DNA of 64,000 nt from Candidatus Poribacteria bacterium (lineage in GTDB: Bacteria; Poribacteria; WGA-4E; WGA-3G). The DNA lies in the NCBI GenBank assembly GCA_965197475.1, contig CBDANF010000003.1:3168001-3232000 (forward strand), given 5' to 3'. Positions 9,924 to 20,051 of this stretch are shown here, piece after piece (the stretch's first letter is position 1; each line of letters opens with the position of its first letter). The position numbers and the translations under genes were made by a program. Under the pieces are notes generated by a model that did not search any database, was not told the origin of the DNA, and saw only the letters and a list, made by a program, of their open reading frames with translations.

Positions 9924-12371
9924 ATGCTGAATACTACAAGAAGGAGAAATGCAATGCAGAGGGGCCTAAAAAATATATTGGCGATTGCCATTACGCTCGC
10001 GAGTTTGTGGCTTTCTGCCACGACACAAGCTCAGGAAACACTTTTACGTTGGAAAAATGGTGATACGCTTTCCGGTAAGTTATTAGACAGTAAATCAGGG
10101 AAGATTCGTTGGACATCACCTTATTTTGCAGATGAGTTGGTTGTTGACATTAGCGTTTTGGATTCAATTGTTTTCTCCAAACAACCGACAACAGCAACGG
10201 AGACTTTTCGCGTCGGCACCGTATCAGGTGATATCTGGACTGCGGATATTATCGGTTCAGATGAAGACACACTTCTCTTTTCCAGTAAACGTTATGGTAG
10301 GTTTCGAGTGAATCGATCATCAATTTACTTATTTGAAAATCGCGAGCATTCCAACCTCGTTTTTGACGGTTCTCGACTGTCAGCTTGGAAAGCATCTCAG
10401 AAAGGTGAAACTAAAAACCAAAAGCAATTGCCCGATAATAATCAACACACCGGTTGGTATGCCGATAGCGGAGGACATCCGCACACAGATCAAGGCAAAG
10501 CGAACATCTTCTACCCGACTGAATGGCCGAAGCGTTTTGAAATTGACCTTGAACTGGCATCCACGACAGGTTCCCCCGGTTTTGTTTTTGCACTCGGTAA
10601 AAACCTGTACGAGGCGTTGCGGTTAGAAACGTGGGTTAACGAACTCGTAGTTGTTCAAGGCACACTATTTGAACCTATAATGAAAATTGAACCAGATCGC
10701 CATAACTTTCGTTTGCGACTCGCTTATGATCAAGACCTCCGTATGCTAAAGATCCTTGACCTAAATGGCAATTTGCTGTTGGAACTTAACGATGTTAGTC
10801 CCACCGTTGAAGCCTCCGGACTCTATATCTATAATCGAGGGCAAAATCTGACAGTGCGACGGTTAAGGGTCTATCAGCAGTCCGGCAATCTTAAAATTCA
10901 ACAAGTAGATTATTCTAAACCCAGAGTTCACATGATGAATGAGGAAGTCTTCTACGGAAAGTTGTTTGTTGAAAAAGACAAAGGCTATGTCCTCGGCACG
11001 GATGGAACACGATCCGATATTGACCTACTGGAGATTGATCGTGTTGTTCAACTGGGTATGACATTGGCAACAAACAACGAACATCTTGCATTGACATATA
11101 CTGATGGGGCTGTTGTACGGGGAAAGGTTCTGCAATTGAACCCAGATAGTGTTTTACTACAGACATCCTTTGCAGACGAACCAATAACCTGTTCATTCGC
11201 TGGTGCTTCACTATTTCGGCTTGAGTCTAAAGTTGAAACTAAACAACCTATCAAAGATTATGATAAGATGTTTTTTCCAACGGGCAGTCTACGTGGTTAC
11301 GTTATATTTGACAGTAACGACATATCCAGTATCCAATGGCAGCCTGTAGGTGCGTCGGAGCCGGCGCGTCTTGCAAATAACCGATCCGCCCGCATAGAGC
11401 GCAATAATAAACGGATATCAAGACTACAACCTTTTGATGTGAAGATGTTCCCGCATCTATTGCATCTGAAAAATGGAGAAGTCATCCCATGTCAAATCCT
11501 GTCTTACGATGAAACCGCTATCAATTTTCGTTCCCCCTTTATCAGCACGACGCGCATAGACTCAGCTTATATGAAAGGTATTGAGTTTTCCCGCGGAAAA
11601 ACGCATGGTAGGAAGGAAAACCGAAATCCAATTACCATTACAGGTGGAGATAAACATCGCATCATTTTAGAAGATGGCAGAATTCTGGAGGCTACGGTGC
11701 GTAGAAACAAAGATGGTAATAGCCTGGAATTTACAGTAAAAGGCGGCAACCTGGATGTACAGATGTTACAAAATATTAAAATCGTGGGAGACTTCGCGGC
11801 AAATGATTTTGTAACAGCCGCTGCCTTAAAGCGCGGGGTTGAAATCTTGTTTGACCCACTTGAAACCCAAGCTGAGAAGTTGGATGAGAAAGTAGAACGC
11901 GCGTTAACCGTGCCACGTTTCAACCGAGATAATCCACCGAACCATATTCTTGTGGCAAACAACGGTGATTTAAAGCGCGGAAAATTAATCAGTTTCAATG
12001 GAGAGACAATTCAGTTTGAATCAAAACTGAAGAAGATTATCATTCCTATAAACCGGGTGGCTCGAATAATTGATATTAGCGTTGACGATCCCAAGGAATC
12101 AGCAAAAGACGCAGACGATGACCAAAAACCAAAAACCACTCAGTCCGAAGTCCGTTTCGCGTTGATCCACAATCCGATCCTGATTTTTGAACCACTTGAG
12201 GTTAAAGGCGACAACTTGCTTGGACGTTCACCAATTTACGAATCTGTCTCTGTTCCAGTGAACAGTATTCAGTATATCCACTTTGGAGACAAAGCAAAGT
12301 CATTTAAGTCTGTTTTCGCAGAATGGGTCGTCCGCTCGGGAAAAGAACCAGATTACGGTGCTGACCGGTAG
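9924..12371 (+). CDS. Large exported hypothetical protein with repeated beta-rich modules (probable start ATG 9954)
   Basis: Signal peptide; repeated L...NGD/E.L.G.L modules (LLRWKNGDTLSGKL, LTYTDGAVVRGKV, LHLKNGEVIPCQI, LVANNGDLKRGKL). Confidence 0.65.
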   Translation: MLNTTRRRNAMQRGLKNILAIAITLASLWLSATTQAQETLLRWKNGDTLSGKLLDSKSGKIRWTSPYFADELVVDISVLDSIVFSKQPTTATETFRVGTVSGDIWTADIIGSDEDTLLFSSKRYGRFRVNRSSIYLFENREHSNLVFDGSRLSAWKASQKGETKNQKQLPDNNQHTGWYADSGGHPHTDQGKANIFYPTEWPKRFEIDLELASTTGSPGFVFALGKNLYEALRLETWVNELVVVQGTLFEPIMKIEPDRHNFRLRLAYDQDLRMLKILDLNGNLLLELNDVSPTVEASGLYIYNRGQNLTVRRLRVYQQSGNLKIQQVDYSKPRVHMMNEEVFYGKLFVEKDKGYVLGTDGTRSDIDLLEIDRVVQLGMTLATNNEHLALTYTDGAVVRGKVLQLNPDSVLLQTSFADEPITCSFAGASLFRLESKVETKQPIKDYDKMFFPTGSLRGYVIFDSNDISSIQWQPVGASEPARLANNRSARIERNNKRISRLQPFDVKMFPHLLHLKNGEVIPCQILSYDETAINFRSPFISTTRIDSAYMKGIEFSRGKTHGRKENRNPITITGGDKHRIILEDGRILEATVRRNKDGNSLEFTVKGGNLDVQMLQNIKIVGDFAANDFVTAAALKRGVEILFDPLETQAEKLDEKVERALTVPRFNRDNPPNHILVANNGDLKRGKLISFNGETIQFESKLKKIIIPINRVARIIDISVDDPKESAKDADDDQKPKTTQSEVRFALIHNPILIFEPLEVKGDNLLGRSPIYESVSVPVNSIQYIHFGDKAKSFKSVFAEWVVRSGKEPDYGADR

Positions 12372-12427
12372 AATAGTCATCCATAGAAATTTAAGATCGG
12401 AAAAACGAAAATTGCACTTTTTAAAAA

Positions 12428-12456
12428 TTGCATTCTGCTTTATTTCGTGTTATAAT
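12428..12456 (+). promoter_or_regulatory. sigma70-type promoter
   Basis: TTGCAT-17 bp-TATAAT with an upstream TG (extended -10). Confidence 0.6.
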
Positions 12457-12516
12457 GCTAATAACGACTAAAACAGAGTTTTCAACATGGGTACCCTTTA
12501 TCTAAAATTATATTAG

Positions 12517-12639
12517 CAGGACTTACGCAATAGGTTCAAAAGTCCCCTTGATAAGGGGGATTTAGGGGGTTAAAAACACCGAAACAACTACTTTTTAAGT
12601 CCAATACTTCCTTTTTCTCCCCAATTTGCGTAAGTCCTG
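12517..12639. mobile_element. MITE (CAGGACTTACGCAA ends) with 5-bp target duplication ATTAG
   Basis: Perfect 14-bp TIR; ATTAG at 12512-12516 and 12640-12644; internal hairpin AAGTCCCCTTGATAAGGGGGATTT. Confidence 0.8.
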
Positions 12640-12653
12640 ATTAGATAACTCTG

Positions 12654-12733
12654 GTTTAGTCGCCAAGGGTGCCTGTTCCTTTTTAAGCAGGTGGGAAAGA
12701 CCACCGCAGGAACAGGTACCCTGGCGACTAAAC
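12654..12733 (+). promoter_or_regulatory. Long structured 5'-leader hairpin (putative attenuator/antisense element)
   Basis: GTTTAGTCGCC/GGCGACTAAAC and AGGGTGCCTGTTCCT/AGGAACAGGTACCCT stems around an inner GGTGG-GAAAGA-CCACC hairpin. Confidence 0.55.
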
Positions 12734-12785
12734 ACAACACCATACAATGTGCACGTGTGGTAGAACTCACAACAAGGAGGTCTAT

Positions 12786-13548
12786 GATGGCACGTAACAT
12801 CATACCCTACAAATGGATAATCGGCGGCGTTGCGCTGCTGATTATCGTTGCCGGTGCGTGTTATTTATGGTACCAACACGACACGGCACCGGACAGAAAA
12901 GCAGCAGCGAAATCTGCTGAAATGGCACGCCAATGGGAAATAGACCAAAAGGCGGATGCAAACAACGTGCCGAAAAACGAAACCAAACCCCCTGCGGATA
13001 GCACCACGCCAACCGCGGAGAAACCCATAACAACCGATGCGATGGTGACTACAGATGCCGAAGCAATAGAGGCACAAGGCGAAACCGAAACGGCAACAGA
13101 CATTCGCGTGTCACCATTCGGGTTTGGTCCTTACCCAGAACTGCCACCCGACTTTCCACATCAAGATATGTTTGATCCACCGAACCCGAACGACCCATAT
13201 AAAGACGATCCAAATTACGAATTAATGTATCGTCTTTGGGTAGAGTTATGGAAACGTGGTGAGAAAGTTGAAGGCTTCGGGACGCTAAAGTCAACCGGGC
13301 TATTTTACCCAACGATACGTGGCACAATCTACGTTAAATGGGGACCGCGTTGGAAGATTTTTGGGCATGAAGTCGGAAGAAAAATTCGATATGTAGATGG
13401 ACATCCGGATGATATCGAAGCCCTCCGTGCCCGTAGAAGTGATGAAACCGGTTTATTAGAAAGCGACATTCCCCCTGGCATAAAAGTTTTAGATATATCA
13501 GAAGGAATTAATCCTTATACTTTTTTAGACTTACCGAAACCTAAATAA
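12786..13548 (+). CDS. Membrane-anchored hypothetical protein
   Basis: AGGAGG RBS before ATG 12786; N-terminal TM helix; low-complexity linker; VSPFGFGPYPELP motif. Confidence 0.65.
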
Positions 13549-13559
13549 AGGAGAAACAG

Positions 13560-14596
13560 ATGAGAAAAGTGTTTTGTATAATCGCAATACTTGCTTCAAT
13601 ATTGACAATCCAATCCGACATTCGTTCCCACAACTATGTCTCCAATGAGGGCAAAAAGAGAGTAAGTCTTATACCTGGAGAGGTACGGTTTGGAAGGTGC
13701 AGATGCTTGGATCAGATTATGAAGGGGCTCTCTTAACGCATGTCCGTGTGACTGCAGCACAACTGGATTGGGCACATGAGCTCGTCGCCTACGCCTCGTT
13801 TTCATCAGGCTATGAGTACTCAAATGTTAAAGGTACCTGGCATCTGATAGCGCAGCTCGAGCATAGCTGGGCAACAGACGAAGAACCTTATGACAAGGAA
13901 GGTAAAATCGTAGGGAAAAAAGGCGGCATGAGTGAACATGGTAGTCAAAAGGATAGAGACTGGTTAACTACATACGATCCGTCGATCACCATTTGGGATT
14001 GTGATGCGTTTGCTAAGGCAAAAGTCTACCATCCCACCGAAAATAAACATTATAGGGCTGTCGCGGCTCCCTTTTTCTCTACTACGTCAACATTGATCAG
14101 AAAGAGACCTGGAGACATTAGTCCTGATGAGGAGGAGGATATTATCGATATCCCTGACCGCACTCCTGATGATGATGACGATGATGATGATGATCCAGTT
14201 ACCCCCTTCCCAGATCCTACCCCCGCCCCCCGCATTTACCTTGTCAATGCAGACCAGATACCCGAACCCGGAGACAGTGCTACACTGACTCTTGTCACCA
14301 GTGAACCTTATTACAATGTAAGTTGGTATGTGAAGGCACCGTGGGAGACAAATGCCCGTGGAACATATATAGAAGATGACTACGGTGACGGCACATCAAC
14401 GACAGCATCGCTCACCTACACGTTTCCAAGCGGATCCATGCATACCGGAGATTTTCTGATAACCGCGAGCATTTACCGATGGTCCGACATGTCTGAGTAT
14501 GGTGAGGAAACCTATACCGTGACTGTGGATATGACACCAAATTGTAGCGACTGCACAGACGAGAGTATCAATTGTCCTAATGCAAACAACCACTGA
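13560..14596 (+). pseudogene. Secreted hypothetical protein with acidic linker and Ig-like domain; frameshift near 13655
   Basis: AAGGAG + ATG 13560 gives a signal peptide (MRKVFCIIAILASILTIQS) that is out of frame with the 13697-14596 ORF; the shift lies near an A5 run. Confidence 0.55.
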
Positions 14597-14616
14597 CGGT
14601 GCTTTTTTCCTTTGAA

Positions 14617-14660
14617 CAACAGGCAGGTATCCTTTTTGGGTATCTGCCTGTTTCTTTTTC
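14617..14660 (+). terminator. Rho-independent terminator-like hairpin
   Basis: AACAGGCAGGTATCC-TTTTT-GGGTATCTGCCTGTT followed by a T-rich tract, just after the 14596 stop. Confidence 0.6.
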
Positions 14661-14702
14661 GGTGCGTTGTAGTGTTTCTTTGCTCGCTCGGCACTTGTGC
14701 TT

Positions 14703-14796
14703 ATACCAAATTAACCCGATTTGTAGCGCAAGGTCTCTGGGTTCTCCTCGCAATGCTGACTTTATCAGAAAAATAATAATAACGTTAATTTGGTAT
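14703..14796. mobile_element. MITE (ATACCAAATTAAC ends)
   Basis: Perfect 13-bp TIR; related copies at 33324-33413 and 59337-59427. Confidence 0.7.
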
Positions 14797-14797
14797 T

Positions 14798-14922
14798 ATA
14801 CCATTTCTATTTGAAAAACTTACATAACGACTATTCTTTAAAAGTCCCCCTGATAAGGGGGACTTAGGGGGTTTCTTCCACGGACAAATCCCTAATGAAA
14901 AATAATTTATTAGAAATGGTAT
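14798..14922. mobile_element. IS630-derived MITE (ATACCATTTCT ends)
   Basis: 11-bp TIR identical to the ends of the IS630 at 19038-21187; cargo hairpin AAGTCCCCCTGATAAGGGGGACTT. Confidence 0.75.
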
Positions 14923-14981
14923 TAGTAGTAGGCTTGCCAACCTGCTATAGTTGCGTCATTTCGTTTTAGCAACCATGAAAA

Positions 14982-16478
14982 CTACTCATTAGGTGCAGAA
15001 ATCGTTTCCCATTCAGGCCAAATCTCTATTGCAGATTCTGGCAAAATAGTTACTGCTCCCTTTTGGCTGACAAGTTCAACACGCAAGTCGTTTTGCCCCA
15101 CTTTTCTCTCTAATGGCAGTAACCAATAAGCGTGATACATATCCCCATCAACATGGCCACCGACACAAATATCTTCAATATGCTGAAAGACGATGTGCGT
15201 GTTACCTTTCAACTCTTGGATATTTTGACCGTTTTGCTTAATCCGAAGCACAAGCGAAGATGATACTGAATTCAACCAATCCGCCCGAAGGAATAGAATC
15301 GGTTGACCGTCCTCCTCAGCGATGTTGAAGTTTGATTCAACAGCATTCTGCCCTTGTGATTTGAGAAATACCACGGATTCGACCAGCGGATGCTTGGCAA
15401 AAACTGGATCGGCTATTCCTTGATGTAGACAGGCAAAAGGCGAACCATACGCGTGCCACTCAAGAAACGTCAGTAGGTGTGTTCGCATATCTCCCGCAAA
15501 CTTGTGTATAGTCTCTACCTGTTCAAGTTCTAATAATATCTCAGGAAGCAGAGTCACGCGTGCGTATTCGGCGCGTGCTTCGGTAAAAAGTTTGGCAACA
15601 GACCAGTCTGGATGTGTTTTGTAAGCATTCAGAAAATGCATAATTAGTTGATTCGTATACCGTGCAGGAATCATTCCCGGAACAACAGCAGTACTGCCGA
15701 GGTAGGTGCGACAACCGTTATTCAAAAATGCTCGTAAAAGCGATGAACCGGGCGGTGTGGTTGCACATCCGTTAATAATCGCAATCGGATGTCGTGGCAA
15801 TGCTGGCATGCCTTTCGTTGTCACAAAGTCTTCACCGAACCGATTGCTCAAATTTTGCGGACTGCCATGTCCAAAATGGATAATCAAATCCGACTGCGGC
15901 AGACGTTTCGTTCCACCTCTGCCGATCACTTTGACCTGATGTCCCTGTTGTGCCAACACATCAAGAAACTGCTGCGTTTCCAAATGGATACGGGTATCCT
16001 CCGAGCACATAATCGTCGCATCCGGTCCACAGGATTCGGCAGTTTTGCTCAGTTGCCGCTTCATCGCCTCAGGATTCCCAAGCATCCGTGCCGTCACAAC
16101 TTCAGGAAGACCATCGCCATTCAAATCCGCATAAAAAGAATCGGTGTGGAGGCGCGTCCCACCCAAGCCAATTTCCCACATCGGAATAATGGATTCATCT
16201 CCCAACAATATCAGATAATCCAGTTCTCCACCAGTTTTCGAGATTATTTCAGCTTTGATTTCCTTTGCCATTGCTGTTAGATTGGAATTTGGATACGCGG
16301 GTATTGTAATATGTTGGCCTGTCTTTTCTTGGTAAACTTCATCAATATCAAGTATCTCAGCACTATGCCTACGAGCAAATGATTCAATGGCTTTCTGAAT
16401 ATCCAACACATCTACGGGATAGGCATTTGTAAGTGCAATCATATTAACCACTATTAATATCTTCATTGAAATCTCCAT
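14982..16478 (-). CDS. Peptidase C25 (gingipain)-like protein
   Basis: YLILLGDE.IIP, TDSFYADLNGDGLPEV..AR, HFGHGS (His) and INGCAT (Cys) motifs. Confidence 0.7.
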   Translation of the reverse strand: MEISMKILIVVNMIALTNAYPVDVLDIQKAIESFARRHSAEILDIDEVYQEKTGQHITIPAYPNSNLTAMAKEIKAEIISKTGGELDYLILLGDESIIPMWEIGLGGTRLHTDSFYADLNGDGLPEVVTARMLGNPEAMKRQLSKTAESCGPDATIMCSEDTRIHLETQQFLDVLAQQGHQVKVIGRGGTKRLPQSDLIIHFGHGSPQNLSNRFGEDFVTTKGMPALPRHPIAIINGCATTPPGSSLLRAFLNNGCRTYLGSTAVVPGMIPARYTNQLIMHFLNAYKTHPDWSVAKLFTEARAEYARVTLLPEILLELEQVETIHKFAGDMRTHLLTFLEWHAYGSPFACLHQGIADPVFAKHPLVESVVFLKSQGQNAVESNFNIAEEDGQPILFLRADWLNSVSSSLVLRIKQNGQNIQELKGNTHIVFQHIEDICVGGHVDGDMYHAYWLLPLERKVGQNDLRVELVSQKGAVTILPESAIEIWPEWETISAPNE

Positions 16479-16650
16479 GTTTTCTTTTCTATTTGCACTA
16501 TTAGCATACCAACATAATCGCTATTTTTCAAGTCCAAATTGGGAACCGTAAAATTTTTCTTACTTGAAAGGCAAAGATTTGATAAAATAGTTGATAACTT
16601 ACGAACTTCAATAAACGCAGTTTACTCGGTAGGAACGGAAAGGAATAACA

Positions 16651-18111
16651 ATGGAAAAACGTCCAAATATCCTATGGTATTGTACAGATCAACAACGTTT
16701 TGACACCATCGGAGCGTTAGGAAATCCACATATCCACACCCCAAGACTTGACGAATTTGTTCGTCAATCAACAGCATTCACCCATGCCTATTGCCAATCT
16801 CCGATTTGCACACCTTCTCGTGCGAGTTTTATGACCGGCATGTATCCTTCAGCTGTGAGTGTTACCGGAAACGGCAACCCGGTTTTTCCGCAATATTACG
16901 AAGACCGACTTATCTCTCATGTGCTCGCACAAAACGGTTACGACTGCGGTTTGATTGGCAAACTTCATCTCGCAAGTGCGTTTGATGGACAAGAACACCG
17001 CGTGAACGATGGCTACCGCTACTTTCAATATAGCCACGACCACGGAAAGCCAAACGCATTCGGACACGAATATGCAGATTGGCTACGCTCACAAGGTGAG
17101 GAGCTTGGTAAACTGCTGCAACAGCGAGTGGTCGTCCAAAAGCCAAAGAAAAATACTGGACGTTTTCCTGAACCGACACCTGAATGCAATAATATCCCAC
17201 CCCATCTCCATCAGACTTATTGGTGCACCGAAAAAACGATCGAATTTATCAACAAAAATCGCCGGAAAAATCAGCCGTGGATGCTAAACATCAATCCGTT
17301 TGACCCTCACCCTGGTTTTGACGCACCCTGGGAATATTATCGGCGGTATGACCCAGAGACACTGCCTGGTTCTCACTTTCAGGAAAGCGACATACCCTTT
17401 CAGTCCAAATTAACTGATGCTGGCATCGATTTTCAATCTCAGGCGAAACCACCTTCAGAGTGGGATGATAAGCAGATGCAGGCTTCCTATTATGCCATGA
17501 TTGAACAGATTGACGATGAGTTTGGACGTATACTTGACCACCTTGATGCTGAAGGGCTTCGTGAAAACACCATCGTTATTTTCACTTCCGATCACGGAGA
17601 ATTGCTTGGGGACCACGGGTTGGCATACAAAGGATGCCGTTTTTATGAAGGATTGGCAAGGGTGCCGCTTATCATCTCTTGTCCAATACACTTCTTGCAA
17701 AACGTTCAAAGCGATGTGCTCGTTGAACTACTTGATATTGTCCCCACACTATATGATGTGTTAGGTATGGAGATACCCTATTATGTGCAGGGTAGATCAC
17801 TCGCGCCACTACTACGTGGTGATGTTTCTATCAGCGAACATCGAGAAGCTGTCCGTTGCGAATTTTTCGGAGCACTTTCAACACCTGACCAAACCCATGC
17901 CACAATGTATCGAAACCGACGTTGGAAACTCGTTGTGTATCATCAGAAAGGGATTTGCGAACTGTATGATCTTGATAACGATCCTTGGGAACACAACGAC
18001 CTCTCTGACGATGCCGATTACCAAGCCATCAAGTGGGAACTCATGCAAAAGAGTTTTGACGCAACCGTCTATGCACATCCACAGATGATACCTCGTGTCG
18101 CTTCACACTAA
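16651..18111 (+). CDS. Formylglycine-dependent sulfatase (S1 family)
   Basis: RPNILW..TDQ; CTPSRAS..TG; GKLH; DPH; FTSDHG; ELYDL.NDPWE. Confidence 0.93.
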   Translation: MEKRPNILWYCTDQQRFDTIGALGNPHIHTPRLDEFVRQSTAFTHAYCQSPICTPSRASFMTGMYPSAVSVTGNGNPVFPQYYEDRLISHVLAQNGYDCGLIGKLHLASAFDGQEHRVNDGYRYFQYSHDHGKPNAFGHEYADWLRSQGEELGKLLQQRVVVQKPKKNTGRFPEPTPECNNIPPHLHQTYWCTEKTIEFINKNRRKNQPWMLNINPFDPHPGFDAPWEYYRRYDPETLPGSHFQESDIPFQSKLTDAGIDFQSQAKPPSEWDDKQMQASYYAMIEQIDDEFGRILDHLDAEGLRENTIVIFTSDHGELLGDHGLAYKGCRFYEGLARVPLIISCPIHFLQNVQSDVLVELLDIVPTLYDVLGMEIPYYVQGRSLAPLLRGDVSISEHREAVRCEFFGALSTPDQTHATMYRNRRWKLVVYHQKGICELYDLDNDPWEHNDLSDDADYQAIKWELMQKSFDATVYAHPQMIPRVASH

Positions 18112-18165
18112 CGTACTGTCTACTTTCAACATTAAAAATTATGCCCAAAACGAGGTGGAAAATAG

Positions 18166-19037
18166 ATGACCTTGAGAGCACTTCTAATCGGTTTAGCACT
18201 CGTCATCTTACAAACCGCAATTACACCTTACAACGACTACTACCTCCAAGGAACAGACATAGCCGGAAATCACTTTCCTTTAGGGGCAGTATTTACACTG
18301 ATTTTTCTTACGATTGCCATCAACCCAATTCTAAAGAAGGTATTTCCTCGCGCAACGTTAAAACCAGTGGAGTTGATAATAATATGGGTGATGATGGGGG
18401 TAAGTTCAGCGATTCCGTCGAAAGGGATGATAGGGTTTTTACTTCCCAACTTGGCTGCACCGGTCTATTTTGCCACGTCTGAAAACGAATGGGCAGAAAC
18501 GCTACATCCACACTTACCCGAATGGTTAATAGTGTGGGATAAACACGCCGTTACAAATTTTTATGAGGGAGAGTCGTTTGTTCCGTGGGCACTCTGGGTA
18601 AAGCCTCTTTTAGTATGGACAGTTTTCATCATCCTGCTCTATTGTGTAACAATCTGTGTATCGATTGTTGTGCGAAAACAGTGGATAGAACGCGAAAGAT
18701 TTATTTTTCCACTCGTTACTGTTCCCGTAGAGATGGTTCAGCAAACCTCAACGCACGGTAATCTGGATGGTTTTTTTAAGAATCGGCTCGTATGGATAGG
18801 GTTTGGGATCGCCGCAGCATTTCATCTGCTCAATGGTCTGCACGAATATTTCCCCGCACTTCCCTCTATTCCGAATCGGTATGACCTTTACACACCATTT
18901 ACAGAACGTCCGTGGGTTGTGATAGGTTGGTGGCCCCAATTTCGGTTCTTTCTCTATTTTTCCGTCATAGGGATAACCTACTTTCTCGCTATGGAGGTGT
19001 CGTTTAGCTGTTGGTTTTTCTTTCTGTTCTTCAAGTT
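18166..19037 (+). pseudogene. DUF6785/DUF6784-type multi-pass membrane protein, truncated by IS630
   Basis: Aligns with the N-half of 33437-35398 (T.RA.LI, VRKQWIERERFIFP, FFKNRLVWIGF, SFSCWFF); ends at the IS630 TIR. Confidence 0.75.
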
Positions 19038-19065
19038 ATACCATTTCTTGTATATATTTATCCTT

Positions 19066-20051
19066 CGCTCATGTCAAGAGTAAGTGCTTTTGACGAGTTT
19101 TGCTATAAAATCAACACTGACAGCTTTTAGATTCATGACGAACTCACAGATTGCGACGTAACCGGCGAGGAACTTTTTATGAACGCCACGAAAGGGACGA
19201 AGGAAGTTTCGCAGCGTCGTCCAGACACCTTCAATCGTCCTTGTATGGATCTCGTAAAGACCATCACCGTCTGCGTCTCTTGCCCACTCGCCATCCTTAT
19301 GGAGAACAATCTCACGGGCGCGCTGAATACGGTTATAGCCACGCCAACCATCCGTATACACCGTTGAAGTCGGCAACGTCCACTGATGAACGTGTGTTGA
19401 AAGCGTCGCAGAATCGGTGTGCCGCACAACACGTAATCTCAGGAGACCGCTTTCGCGACCTTTCGTCCCAACAATAGGCGGACGATCATTGTCATAAGTC
19501 CCATGTCCCCTGCGTTTATTGCCACGCCGACGCGGCGGATCCGAAGCATCAACGTGCTTATCGCCTTTTTCACCGGCGTTTTGAAACATCTCATCTGTTT
19601 CGACTTCAGCATCAGGTAAAGCAGCTTCGGGTTGTATCTGCTCTGCCGAAGTTTGGAGTTTACGTCTTATAGAAAGAACGGTTTGACGACTTAGACCCAG
19701 TTCACGCCCGAGTTGTGCACTTGAAACACCTTGACAGACACCGCGCAAAAGCAGAACGACCTGTGAGGGACGAAACTGCGTGCCAGCAAAGACCGTCCCG
19801 GTATAGAGGTTGTAGATGCTCTCACAGTGTTTGCAGCGATACACTTGTAGACCACTTGTTTCAGTCGGACGGAACTTGCGTGCCTCCGCCACGCTCGCTT
19901 GGCATTTTGGGCAACACAGCCCTTGAGGGTGGAAATGATCCAACACCCACGCTTGAGTTTTTTCTTCATCCATGAGAGATTGTATTGGAAAGTCCATAGG
20001 TAACACGCTAACATAACTTTGAAAAAATAGCACTTACTTTTTACATGAGCC
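19066..20051 (-). mobile_element. IS1595-family IS (986 bp), copy 1, with direct repeat TTTATCCTT
   Basis: TIRs CGCTCATGTCAAGAGTAAGTGC / GCACTTACTTTTTACATGAGCC; flanking 9-bp repeat at 19057-19065 and 20052-20060. Confidence 0.92.
19074..20033 (-). CDS. IS1595-family transposase
   Basis: Zn ribbon CPKC...CKHC; HTH; ETDE, YTDGW and HT.TIEGVW motifs. Confidence 0.92.
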   Translation of the reverse strand: MLFFQSYVSVLPMDFPIQSLMDEEKTQAWVLDHFHPQGLCCPKCQASVAEARKFRPTETSGLQVYRCKHCESIYNLYTGTVFAGTQFRPSQVVLLLRGVCQGVSSAQLGRELGLSRQTVLSIRRKLQTSAEQIQPEAALPDAEVETDEMFQNAGEKGDKHVDASDPPRRRGNKRRGHGTYDNDRPPIVGTKGRESGLLRLRVVRHTDSATLSTHVHQWTLPTSTVYTDGWRGYNRIQRAREIVLHKDGEWARDADGDGLYEIHTRTIEGVWTTLRNFLRPFRGVHKKFLAGYVAICEFVMNLKAVSVDFIAKLVKSTYS

